A stretch of DNA of 59,404 bases from Kudoa neothunni. Taxonomy: Eukaryota > Animalia > Cnidaria. The notes beneath the pieces were generated by a model that searched no databases, was not told where the DNA came from, and saw nothing but the letters and a program-made list of their open reading frames with translations. The stretch lies in the NCBI GenBank assembly GCA_964304625.1, contig OZ199840.1, positions 8,287,053 through 8,346,456 of the forward strand, in the 5' to 3' direction. Below, piece after piece: positions 14,624 through 27,790 of the stretch. The translations under genes were made by a program, and so were the position numbers. The first letter of the stretch is position 1, and every line of letters starts with the position of its first letter.

Positions 14624-15067
14624 TTCATAAAATATTCGCACATAAAAAGTTAAAATAGACGACCAAGGTAAAATCTGGGTAATATAAGTGAAAATCAAAT
14701 ATACATTATTGAAGAATGAGAACAACTAATATAAAATTATGATTAAAAAATTTCCATTGAATTGAGTTTTAATTTAATATCATTATATTATTCATGAAAG
14801 GGGTTTTTATTGTTTATTTATATGTGAAAATATTTGTAGATATAATATATATAAGGATTGTAATTTCTAAATGTGTGGGGTCAACATTATGTTATCAGTT
14901 GTATATTTAATGTTACATTAAAGGTAATATGATCTTACACTAATTCTCTCAATTAATTGAGCTAAATAAATTATAAGTCTAGATTATCTCAAACTATGAA
15001 TGCTCTATTACGAATATAATCCATTATAAATACCTATTTGATTGTTCCCTTATACACAAGCAAAAAT

Positions 15068-16445
15068 ATGTTGTTTTTTTCAATTCTCCCTCTATTGTTA
15101 GCAATAATTTCTACTGGTATTTGTTCATTCGTCAACAATAGCTATATTTCTTGATTAAGAAAGAGCGTTACCTAGTTACGATATGGATGTAGGTCAACCG
15201 CCTACTTGGATGGAACCAGGAGAACAAACCAAGGCTGTGGTTGAAAGATGGTACGTTGATAAAAGTGACGCTACCTGCAAACCCTTTAATTATCTTGGAT
15301 CCCTTGGAAATTTTAATAACTTTGTCTCAAGAGCTGCTTGCAATAATCACCGTATAACAAAAATTCTCAGACATTTTGTAATACCAATATAGTTCGATTC
15401 ACATCAGAGGAAAAGGCTGATGCATGTAAAGAGAGACAACATGATGGAGCATGTGAGCTGTCAGGTGATAAAACCCAAACGAGGTGGTACTTTAGCAAGG
15501 ATCCCGTTGGTGAAGTATCGAATGCTTGCCACAAGTTTCAATATAAGGGATGTGGTGGAAACGCAAACAACTTCGAAACTGAGACAGAGTGCAAACAAGC
15601 TTGTCAAAGTGAATACATTTTGATAACTAATGAACAATAAAGATTAAATTACTCTAAAATTAGATTAATTTTTCTATAAAATAGATAATATAAACGGCGG
15701 AATGGCTGAGAATTCCAGCCCTAATTCTATGACATCTGTTCCAAACGAATTCGACTGCACTTTTAGAGCTGAAGTAAAAACTCAATCTCCAAAAATGGGA
15801 ATTGTTCCTCATAAAGATGGCAACAGATGCGTTTATGCCGCTGTTGGAAATCTTGCAACGAGGGGATTTTTCAAGGATTTGCCATCGTGTGTAAAATCTT
15901 GTATTAGTAACACATTTATGGTTACAATTTCATTACTAACTACCCATAGAAAAGTTGGCACCTGCATGTTCAGCCGATGGTCCGCATCAAATACCTGTGG
16001 CATCGGAATACACAAGTAGTGTAAATATATATTACTACTTTAAAAAGTCTGAATCTGTATGTTTGCCTTTCATGTCAAAAGCACCAAACGAGGATACGAA
16101 AATTAATGATGGAAAACTAAATATATTCAGTTCTGCCGAGTTATGTGCGAGCTATTGCCCCGCAAGTATTTTTAATCTACGATAATATGCTGACGTATTT
16201 ATTCAGCTGGTCATATCGGTCAATTAAAAGCTGTTGAAGCATGCACTCTTCCTAAGGCAGGTGAAAGAACAGAAGCCGACAATTATAAGTTAAGAAGATA
16301 CTACTATGACGCCAAAGAACCTGATGAGAGTAAGAAATGCAAGGAGTTCTTTTTCAATGGAAAGGATATGAACCTTAATAACTTTGCAAGTCAAGTCGTT
16401 TGCGAAGGAATCTGCAAAACTCCATTGTCTACTCCTAATAATTAG
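15068..16445 (+). CDS. Secreted protein with five tandem Kunitz/BPTI-like domains, multi-exon
   Basis: Signal peptide MLFFSILPLLLAIIST. Kunitz motifs RWY...CKPFNYLGSLGNFNNF, RWYF...CHKFQYKGCGGNANNFETETECKQAC, YYYF...CLPF...NIFSSAELCASYC, RRYYYD...CKEFFFNG..NLNNFASQVVCEGIC, plus one degenerate domain (CTF...C...FKDLPSCVKSC). Confidence 0.85.
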
Positions 16446-17879
16446 ATGTACTACTTACGTTCATATTATGTACGGTAGAAAATTCTCAGTTTATTAGTAT
16501 TCTATTATTTAGATAATAACAAGTTATTATTTTAGTTTTTTATTCATTAATTTATATATGAAATTTTTCTAACCAGAAAAATTCAAATCATTTTTTTATT
16601 TACCATACAAACAAAATAATAATGTACTTTGGCTGACAAAAATCAATCTAAATATGTTATTTAATCACAAAACAGCACATTAATGTTTAAAAATATTATC
16701 TAACTTGAATAATTGCATGACTACCGGTGAATATTTGAATTTTTGTTATATTCAGTATTTACTCATGTTGAATTTATGGTAAAAATAAATTAATATTTAT
16801 TGATATTTTTCGTTCTAGTCTTCACTGCAATTAAAAACAAAATCTCATTATAACATTACTTCAAAATATCGTCAAATATAAACTAATTGTTTACGAAATA
16901 TATTATTATAACGTTTTAATAATTGATAATCGCTCACTATTCATTCTTTCATTTCTTTTTGGTCGCATAATCGGTGTTAAAACAAAATAAGGAATAACCA
17001 CCTCTCTAAATAAATATTTACAGAAGTTGCTTTCCGATTTTATAAAAAATACTAACTAAAATTATACACCTTCACTCTCTATGAAAATTTAAACTACGAC
17101 TGAATGGTACGTTATTATCCATCAAACTTAATTCCAGAGGAAATTAAATCAGGATTGTAGAGAATTTAGAAACATACTCTTACGATTAGACCTTCTATTA
17201 TTTTAGCATTATTTTGTAATAATCTCTCTATTAAATAAGACAGAAAAATTCTTTTTAGAGGTAATACGGTAGACGACGGGTGGTTCGTAATTTTGGATAG
17301 ATGCGGGCGGTTTATGATTTCAAATCACGCAAAGTAGATGAGGTTGATAATTAGAAAAATTTATTATTATCATTATTCAATGTTCTTTCTTTTAAATATC
17401 CATGATATATTTGTATCTGACCCTCCCGGTCCGAAGTGGGGTAATTGATGACCTCATGTGAGCAATTTTGCTTTTAACTCCAAGAATTCTGACCTCACCA
17501 TTAATGCATCTAAGAATGCCTCTATAAAACTATAGATTTTTACTTAAACTTATTTTTATCTATTTTAACCATTTGAAAAAATAGTTATACCACATTTCTT
17601 GTGAGGAAAGATTATTTTTTGTTTTATTTTTCAACAAAATAGTATTACAGTAAGTAACCAATTTCACGCACTTTTTACGGATACTACTTGTTTATTATTT
17701 AGTTAAGCCAATATTTAATACCAACGAACTCCTAAACTATATCTATTGTCGAAGAGTACAATATTACTCATCATTATGAAAGGCTTCAATCGAATGGTCC
17801 AAAAACTGCCCCCGTGTCACATGTTAAAATATCGATTATCTCGACTTCTAATGGCATCCTAGAGATGAAAAATAAAATA

Positions 17880-17940
17880 ATCAAATCAGAACATTTTATT
17901 TACAATGTAGACGAAACTGCCTTATTCTGCCGATAGCAAC
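17880..17940 (+). mobile_element. Small pogo/Tigger DDE transposase fragment
   Basis: Reads FIYNVDETALFCR (N.DETxL motif). Confidence 0.45.
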
Positions 17941-19067
17941 TGTTTCATTTTATTAATTTTTAAATATATTTTACAATAATTTGTTGTTAATTAAGAATTA
18001 ATGCTAAACCAACTAGTAAAATATATAAAAGACCTATGTATCTAAAAAATGAAGTAAAGTGTGTTATATCTGACAAACAATATATTACTAATTTCCTATT
18101 TACGTTGTTTCGTTTATTTATATAATTAACTTACTTAAAAAATAGTTATTCAAAAATTAATTGTTCAAATATTTTTTTTGTCAGATATTGAATATTACGA
18201 TTGTTAAAGATTCATTATATTGTCATTATAGATATTTCATGATGAAAGTTTTATGATAACATGATTATAACTATTTTTATAATTCGGATAAAGTAACAGA
18301 AAAAATTTATAAACTAAAAAAAAGATACTTCCTTGTATTATTCTTTTAAAAGGTTCATAGTCGATACACCAAAACTGATAGAGAAGATAATTCATAATAA
18401 GATGTGGAAGGTTTAATTAAACGTCTAAGTCGTATAATTTTGAAACGACCTACTACAAAAAATGTTATTAGGACGTATAATAAATGTAAAAGTTAATATG
18501 TGCATAATAAAATGGTTTTTCGTTGGTTATTGGAAATTTGACGAAGATTTCACGCGAGCCGACGATGTTATATTCAGGATTTTGTACCAAAATTAGGTGT
18601 TATCATAATTCGCTGATATACTTCCTCTCAGTATTCTTTTATCTTAATATAAAGAATAGACGAAAAAACGATGTGCAGAAGGATGTTTTTTAGGTGGCAC
18701 ATCCTACCCTATTACCCATCGACGGGTTGACTAATGCGATTAATACTTCACACGAATTATAAGAACTTTTAATTTCTAAACGTAGGTAAACTCCACTCCG
18801 GAGGAAACTGAAAAGTTCCAGGATAGAACTGTTTATTTTGATTAACATTGTTGTCCAAAGGGCGATACTATGATTGAGACTTGTTTATTACTCTAATTGA
18901 TGGGTCAGTTTAAAGATTATTTGTATTCTTTAAAGTTTTTATAATTAAATGCTCCAGTTATTGAGACAAAGCCGGATGATTCGATAAAAATCAAATTTTT
19001 AATTTACCAAACACTATTATCAAAAAGATGATATTATAAACAAATTATGAGTTTATATTTTTCGGCT

Positions 19068-19170
19068 GGGGTTGTATATAGGGATTAATATATTTTTTCA
19101 ATTTTCCAAGGTATTTCTTTTTACTTTAAATTAGCACACTCCCAAGCAAAGCCGGAGTTTTCGCGTTAGT
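19068..19170 (+). repeat. Dispersed repeat, Helitron-like 3' end (copy 1)
   Basis: TTTAAATTAGCACACTCCCAAGCAAAGCCGGAGTTTTCGCGTTAGT matches the 27.3-kb copy at about 38/46; GC hairpin ~11 nt before a CTAG-like end. Confidence 0.45.
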
Positions 19171-20454
19171 CTACTATATATACAAAGTTCTTATGTCTGT
19201 CAGTGTGTGTGTTTGCAACAGTTCGCATGTGTCATGGGGAAACTTTTTTAAATACAGCTTTTAATATACATTTAGAAGAATGACACTATTACGAAAAATC
19301 GTTAATTTACTTAGAAGTACGAATATAATCAAATAAGAGATTAAAAAATATCTGCATACTATTGATGTTTGTTTACTTCAGAGTAATAATCAATTAGAGT
19401 GAACTTTTTCTCACTGTACACAAAGGGAATCTGTTAATTATGGTATAGAATGTTTAAAAATGTTATGTATACCGTTTGGAGTAATTTTAAGACAGACAGC
19501 GTCGTTAGAACCATATTTACCAGAAATGTTGCATTCCCTTAAAGTTAGTGGCATAACCAAGTTATTTACGATGTAGATTCATTTCAAAAACGTTATGGAT
19601 ATGTTTAGGCGAAAAAGATTATAATAATTCTAAATAAAATATATAATTCGGGATTATGAATTGTTGCCATCATGGAATAATTTGGTGGTTCTATAAGCAT
19701 GCTAAAAACGATGTAAGATCTGTGTAGAGTTTTCAATAAATTAATCTTTTCGATAACTTTTTACCCATTTTTTGGTTTTCCTAAACATTATTGCAAAACA
19801 ACTGGCATAATTAATTCAATAATTTTCTATATTTGACGAGATGATTTTTATGTAATGCTTAAGTTCCCGTTAAACTGAGAATAATTAAACAAAAGAGTTA
19901 TTCCGATAATATCAAATAGTACATTTATTTTTTAAAAAGAGCACCCCAGAGAAAAAAAAATTGATATTTAAATATTACTGTAATTTATCAAACCAAAAAC
20001 ACCTTAACATTTTATATTTAATCATATTTTGTTAATTCAATTATTTTATTTCTTATCATTTATAGACTAATAATAAGCTTTAGGATTAGAATTATTAGTT
20101 TTTATCGCCAAATTTTGAAAGAATTGAAAGTCCTATTTTAAATTACCTAATAGCTTTTTTAATAAGTAAATAAATTTTAATCATTGTATTTTTAGTCAAT
20201 AATTTGTATAACAAACTTAAAAATATTCATTAATTTTCTCTCGATACCTCTATTTATATTTTACTGAAAAGTGCATGCACATTTTGGCGTATCTAAATCA
20301 CCACTCAAAAAGAAAGCTAAAAGTTAAAATTTTCCGTCACACGATACCAGGCAAAATTGGACATTAGTGCTAATCTATAATATTTCACAGATTTTATAAA
20401 CCACAATGAAGTAAATAATAAAATAATAATTATTTAAATAAAATCAAATGTTAA

Positions 20455-23448
20455 ATGCCAGTTTTCAGTGAAATTTTATGGATGAAACGGAGTGATAACC
20501 TACCCGATTTAATCCGAACACCCTAGAATCACATCGTTAATTTGAAGTGAGTAGAACGTTTTTTTAACTTAATTATCATCCGTAATCAAGTGTTGATGTC
20601 TTTGTCAGATTATAATTTTAATATGATAAACTTCACTCCATTGAACCACTCAGCTGACATGAACAAATGGATTAAAGATACTGAGGGTATTGTTAATAGT
20701 TTAAAGTCATTAAATACACTAGAACCTCAAGAATTATGGATTAAAGTAATTTATGTTGGAAATTTTTCTTATCTCAATTTTAGTTCAATCTCAACGATAA
20801 TTTTAAGAAATTTTTGAGTTTGTATTTGGACACAGCTGTGAGGTAGCGTTTTATTTGATTATAGTCAAATAATATTACAATGTCAAATTAGAAGTTATGA
20901 AAAGGTTTATTTACAATCAAAGTACGCAGATGGTCTAAAAACGGAACAAGAAATTTATCAATTAGTTTACGAGATCGTCGTGAAACTCCTCCAAACAATC
21001 AATGTGTGATATTCGTTTATTATTATTTTAATAATCCGATAAATATTCTAATGATTCACATAATATTTATTTTTTTAGTTTATTGGCTCCAACACAAACA
21101 TTGAAAATTCAAAGAATAGAGATGGATTCTCTAATTATATTGTGAATATCTTTGACGTCTCAATGTGTGTGAATATTTGCTGTCTTTACTTTCATTCGAC
21201 ATCTATCGCTAATTTACTCAATCATTATATGAGGAAATTTGAGGATTATTTGTATGACTTGATATTCTTTCCCTCCCAAATTATTATTTACTAGAAAGCC
21301 TCAACTGGAGCAATATGTTGCCGCTTTCACTGACCTACTGTTGCTAGATGAAGGCAGTAGTTATCTGAACGAAATGATTCACACTCTTATTTGTGTTTGT
21401 CATGTGTTGCCCGACTCGCAGAAGAAGTTCGTTACGAATGTTATAATAATAAAGTTATAATTCGGTATGGTGATTAAATTAAGTGAGATATAGATTGGTT
21501 AATATGGCGATGTACAATGAATCCTTATTCGATAAGTCTGGTGATGAGGAAGCAGAAATAAAATTAACTAGAGCGCGGCTAGTTCATCTGATTTTCGTTT
21601 ACATCTCTCAAATCGAACTGTATGTAATTTTAATGGTGGATATGTTGATAAGCGACTTCACGTTAGGACAGAAACCAATTCTGATAATGTGAGAAGCATT
21701 TTTGAATGTATTCAGCATTTTCCAGAGTAAATAGAATAATAGAATTTACTGGGAGGAGAACTAATTGTAAGCTCCGTTGCTGGTTCTCTAATAGCTCATA
21801 ACTATTGTATTAATTCATGGTCTACTGTAAATTCTATTGATAACTACAAAGTTGGTTTGTAGATGGAATTAAGATAAAACTTTTAATATGCTTAAAATTG
21901 ACTGTGATTAATTATCAAGGACTCTTTAATTGTACATAAATAGTCGCATTCGCTGTGAAATAATTAGAAGGATTGTTAAAATATGAAAATCTTAAATTAA
22001 CTTTAAATAATGAAAAAAATGCATGGTAATGGTTTTGAATTAAAGAAATTACCAGAATTACACTTTCGAAAGAATACTTATGCATCTAAAGGTTACTTAG
22101 AATGATTTTTACGTAATTATTTACTCTTTAATCAACTAAAATAAATGAATATAATTATTGATGATCTTTTTGGCATTTTAGTCTCTCCTCCCAGTAAAGT
22201 ATACGTAGTTGCGTACATTAGGACTATAAAAATATGTACATAGTTTTATTCTTCCGCTGAAAAACATATACAAGATTGAGCATAAAATTAACTTCAAACA
22301 AAACCTTGATCCAGACGATTACAACTTTATCAGAGCATGCTTAGTAAATTGTTCTGAGAATGAAGAATTTATCTTGCTCGAAGCCGATGCTTCATTCTCT
22401 GCTAAAAATACGTCGACAGTAGTTGATAGTACTTCTATTAAAGATCATTCTGATAGTATTTGACATTGGATTTTGACTCGCTGATTGTGATTTTATTGTA
22501 GAAAAACAATTAGATCAATTATTCGAATTGTTTCCTCATCTATCAATAAATATTCTCACTAAATGTCATTCCGAATGCAACCATGACATTCCAAAAACTA
22601 TAGATTTTATCTTTACTCATGGTGATCATGAGCAAACTCTTGAAGCTGTTTTAAGTGATTATAATTGATTGAAGAATCGGAATCTAAGTTGAGTTTTTGT
22701 TTTTAGGTCACGATAAAAACAGCTCTCTAGAAGATAGCAACTGTTTCCTACCGCCCTCCAATTTCTCTCTACCAGACGCAAACAAAAACACTGAATTTAA
22801 CGCTGAATCGATTAAAAAACTTACTTTAAGTTTGGTAAGAACACAAAATGAAGAAAAAGAGAGGGACGAAAACAAAAGTAACCCAATCATAATTTATTTG
22901 GTTTTATGAAGAGATTATTTTTTTCTAGTTAAACATCTTGCCGAGCGTTACTTGCTTACTCCTGCGATGGCTGCTTCTCTACTCAATCTTCAACTCGATC
23001 AATATGAGGATGAGTATGATGAAAATTTCGAAGCTGATGACAATTTCCAATACATCAAGAATTGGATGAGTAAGGTGGATAAAACTAGAAAGTCAGACAA
23101 GCCCACCGAACCTCATTTTATTACTCCAAAGAATCGAACGGTTTTCGATAAAGACTTACGTATAATTTCTGTTTATTTTTATTTTCTTTATCTTGATGAA
23201 TGTGTAGAGAATTCCGGAATTAATCATAAAAAAGAAAACCAGCATATTTCAGGTAATGGGAAGGAATCTCCAACCGTCCAATTATCAAACAATCCTAGAG
23301 CTAAAGTAGTTTTATATTTTAATAGTCAAAATTTGATAATTTATAGGGATTCAACCCCTCTACAAAAAAGCCCTCGCCCATTAAATCCTATAAATCCTCG
23401 CAGAATCCTAGGAATAAAACTCGAAAACCCAGAGGAAATAATACTTAA
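20455..23448 (+). CDS. ASCC2: Activating signal cointegrator 1 complex subunit 2 (CUE domain), multi-exon
   Basis: IVNSLKSLNTLEPQELWIK..NDNFKKFLSLYL, NIFDVSMCVNICCLY, CUE domain QLDQLFELFPHLSINILTKC...IDFIF, and YEDEYDENFE (cf. YEDEYDDTYD). Ends approximate. Confidence 0.8.
21749..22194. mobile_element. Tc1/mariner-type MITE inside an ASCC2 intron
   Basis: TA|CTGGGAGGAGA ... TCTCCTCCCAG|TA: inverted termini with TA flanks. Confidence 0.65.
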
Positions 23449-23692
23449 TATAGAATTTCATTGTAACTGTGGATTTGTAATGTTTCGTTTATTATGCGGT
23501 GGCTGTTTGTATAATGATTTAACTTAAATTATCTTTTATGTATTAATAATAAGAATAAAATATACATCAACTAAATTACTTTTTATAATAAAATAATAAC
23601 ATTTATTATTGCTATTAGTATTTAAACGAATAGCGTTAAATATGAGCGTTGGTCTGGTCGGTGGCGAGTGATCGATATTCTAAAAATTTTAA

Positions 23693-24750
23693 CCCTCTAT
23701 TGGTATATCTTTTTATACAGTAAGCCAATACTTAGTAAATTCCAGTTATTCTTCTAATGAAATTTTGTCTTTGGTTTAATTTTTATTTTATCTTGTAATG
23801 GTCTTTGGGGTAAAATGTACCCCATGCTTTTTTGGATTCAAAATATTTCAAAAAATGTATAATACTCCGAACTTAATTATAATAAAATTCCTATGAGCAG
23901 TTTTTGTATAAAGTAAGGAAATGTTAGATCAATTAATTAAATCGCATGCGCGAATCATATGAAGATGTGCGATTCTAGCGATTTAATCGATGAATCTTGT
24001 TTATCAGAGAATGAATATCACGTTGTTGAGGAAAATTTCTTCTTTTCAATGTTTCTTGTTGAAAAAATTGATCATAGAGATATTACATGAGAAAATAAAG
24101 TGGCACTACCTTTCCCCTAATCATCATTAAGTAGTGCTCGTTGGGTCAGCATTTTTGTTTGCTACACAAAGTATATGTTGGTACCTTATGTTCCCAGTAA
24201 AACAAAATGCGTGATTTTCTTAAAGAAATCGCTGAAAAATTATACAAAACAATCTAAACAGGTTCTAGCATTGTTTATGTAACCCAACAGGAACCTCTTC
24301 TGAATACAAAGCGAGAAACGTGTGGATACAGTGAGAGGAAAATGATAAAAATCTAAATGGTGTGAAAATTGTTATAAGTTTTATTGTCCAATTCATGCAT
24401 TTAAAAACTGTTTTAACTTCGTATAATTTTCAAGAATTTTTTTAAAGGTTTTGTTTTAATATTTCAACTGGAGCAACACATTTAATTCCGCTGAATCAAC
24501 GCAATTACTTTGTTAATGAACATCGATGTGTACCGACATAAGACGGATCGTAAACGAAGCCGATTATCGCGTGGATTACATCAAAATTTAATATATATTT
24601 GCCAGTGTTTCATTCATAAGAATTAAAACTTATTCTACAATATTGATTATTAGATTTTTTAAAGCGTTATACTTCAAAAAAAATGTGGGGTAAAATTTTC
24701 TTCAAAGTCCATTACATGTTCATCTCATCGTTTTCGGGTTCATTAGGGGG
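23693..24750 (+). mobile_element. piggyBac deletion derivative
   Basis: TTAA|CCCTCTATTG ... CATTAGGGGG|TTAA; internal remnants LVPYVPSK and Cys-rich CENCYKFYCPIH..NCFN. Confidence 0.65.
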
Positions 24751-25429
24751 TTAATCAAGGTCCTGTCGAATAATCAATATCAAAATACTCTGAAACAAGT
24801 CAGTCCAGGTCTTATTTAAAATTCCCGCTAAAAATAGGGATTTTTCGAGCAGTGCAAATAAAAAAAACAAAATTTTTAATTAATGTAATATTTATAGCAG
24901 CGATTATATGCTCTCATTATTCTGGGATTACTTCTCTTCTGAGGCATTTCACAAAGTACCTAAGCATCTTCCCGTAATACCCAGAACAATCACCGGAGGT
25001 AATACAATAGGCAATCGAATTTTCGTACTTTTTAACTTATTGTTTCTCGTTTACTTTGAAAGTTTCTGTAAAATTAAAGATTAGAATATCATATTAAAAT
25101 TTAATTAAAAAAAGTTTACAAACAAAAAAAATGAAAATACGAAAAATCCATCGTTGCGGATTTTACGTACTTTTATTTGAAATTTTCGAGGGAACTTGAG
25201 GGTTTTTCGTAGTTTTCAGATGACACAAAAAAAACATAACAATTAAGGAGGAATTTGAAATAATTGAATTTTTGGAACACTTGCCTAATAAAGGAGCGGA
25301 GGACGCTACTGTTCGATATTTTAATCTTCTCACAATTTCAACATTGGATGGCATTCTTAATAAGAGAGAAGTAGTGAAATCCCACGAAGGTAGGGTAGGC
25401 TAGTGTCACCGAAAAAAATTGAAATATAG

Positions 25430-26610
25430 TGCCAACAAAGAGCTTGATTCGGAGAAGTTTGAGTGGATTAATTTGCTGCGCTCAAATGGTTCGTGTGTGT
25501 GGATTCATCAATAACCGACGGTTTAAGTTTAAGGGGTTTTAATCAATATTCAATCTAAAATTGCAAAATTATCATGATGACGAGACATTTAAAGTGGATT
25601 CCGATGTTACTAGATATAATAAAGGGCCGCTCACCCGATTGTGTTTTTAAAATCGACGAAACTGCGCTATACTATCAGCAGCACGAGCTAAAACTTTTGT
25701 TTGCATAGTTTTAGGAAGGAGCTATGCCACAACTAAGGAGAATGTCTATAACCGAATAAAAAAGAGAAAAAAAGGAATGACAATCCTCTTTGGTGCTTTC
25801 ATATCTGCCAAATCGAGGTGCTCCAAAAATGTAAAAAATCTTCTACTAACGTACGAGTACCGCAAAAAAGCATGAATGACTGATTATATGTTTATAAAAT
25901 ATATAACTGGTTTAAATAAGTTTTTTGAATAAATTACAATAAAATTGTTTTATATTCGACAATGCAATTTCTAATTTTCACATCGATTTGAGCCATAATA
26001 AAAATGGTTTTTCTTCCTCAAAATACGATAAGCGTTTTTCAGCCTTTAGCCTTTAGATCAGAGCATTATCCACTCGTTCAACGTGGCATATAAAGAGAAA
26101 TTATAAAAAAGTTATTGCATTCACAGAAGTTGACTCTCTCCAAAATTCCTCAGATTATCCGGAATCTATTTTTTTAACTAAAGAAACGTGAGAGTCTGTT
26201 AGCAATAAGACTATATTAAATTGTGTTAAAGCTAGATTTTCTTCTGCTGACGATAAAGATATAAATAATGAAATTACGCTCCACGAACTAGCAGAAATTG
26301 ATGCGGAAATTGATGAGATGATTCTAGAGGAGCACGATAATTTTCTATGGATAATGAAGATTCAGTTAACTCACAGCATAACATAGAAAAGGTAAACGAA
26401 CCACTATGAGGACGATATATCCTAAGGTTTACCAATCAACGATATTTCTTCGGAGGTAGTCACAGAATAAATTCAAAAACTTCATAGTTTCGTAAAGCGT
26501 AATGCAATTGATGAGTACAACTTGGTCATAAAATTGGAAAGTAGTACACTGTCAAAAATATTATTCAACAAAATTTAGCCAAACTAAGATAAATGATTAT
26601 TTCCACCTCG
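25430..26610 (+). pseudogene. Decayed pogo/Tigger (CENP-B-like) transposase
   Basis: Fragments VFKIDETALYY, Y..KKA*MT, FLPQNTISVFQPL, LDQSIIHSF and terminal QTKINDYF, with stops and frameshifts. Confidence 0.75.
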
Positions 26611-27311
26611 TTTCTTAGATTCAACTTTCCGGTCAATTAGACTTGAAGAAATAATCATGGCGACTGTGGTTCCTTTAACTGCTACATTCTCAGCAATAAG
26701 CGAGTTACTTTATCCCTTTTTGCTATGCTTAATTATCATTCTCCTTGCATCTTTGTATATTGTTTGCCTTTTATTTTTTCGAGTAGAAGGTATTATTTGA
26801 GAATCGTTTGTGTTATCGTAAAGTTTAATCAACTAGATTTCCCCAAATAGTTTGAATTATTTAACCATTCCTCATGTATTTAATAACGTCAAGATCGTCA
26901 GGATATATCAGTAACCCACGTGTCGTTAAAGCTCGAAAAACCCTATATTGCTAGGCCTTATTTTCGAGGAAACATGGTGTTATTGCCATTTTATTCATAC
27001 GTTCCTCAATTAAATTGACAAAGTTTACAGCCAATTAAAACCTGAAGTAAAAATATAGGCAGCAAAAACCCAAGGAGATTTGCTAAAAATGTATTAATTT
27101 GAGCCAACAAATAATGTCTGAAGTTAATTGTCAACCCTGTATTCAGCATTCGAAATCTTATATTGTAGTTTTATTGCGAAAAAAATAAATAAAAAGTTAT
27201 ATTATTCAATAATTTTTGTAAAGTTGTATTCAGGTTTATAGTTTTCTTCATCTTTATCTTGATCGTGAAATACTGTATTATAAGTAGATTGTGAATGTAT
27301 TCTACGCAACA

Positions 27312-27412
27312 AAGGGTTATAAAAGTGGATTAATATATTTTTTTGATTTTTCGAGATTTTTTTAAATTTAAATTAGCCTACTCTCAAGAAAAGCCGGGGT
27401 TTTAGCGCTAAT
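27312..27412 (+). repeat. Dispersed repeat, Helitron-like 3' end (copy 2)
   Basis: TTTAAATTAGCCTACTCTCAAGAAAAGCCGGGGTTTTAGCGCTAAT; similarity to 19068-19170 extends upstream (GGATTAATATATTTTTT). Confidence 0.45.
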
Positions 27413-27790
27413 ACATTATAAAAATCTCATTGTGTTAGAAAACTACCCCGAACTTATTAGAGGGTTAATATTTTGATATTTAGTTTAGACCAGTGTTTCT
27501 AAGTCTGGGGTGGAGTCTGCGCATTTATTTTAACGAGATCGTTAGAAGGTCTTTATTCTTAAAAAAATTAGTCTTTCATAATTTTCTCACTATAATAACA
27601 TCCGATTCTAAAAACATAACCTGGAACAAAAATATCATAAATATTTATGGTTAAAAGATTTAGGGGTTCGGATTCATTTAACATGGCTAATCAAGTGCCC
27701 GAAAACCAACAAGGTTAGGAAACACGTGGTTAAATTAAGAGTCACAACTCCGGTCCAAAGCATAATCCGATCATCGATTAACTTTAAATA

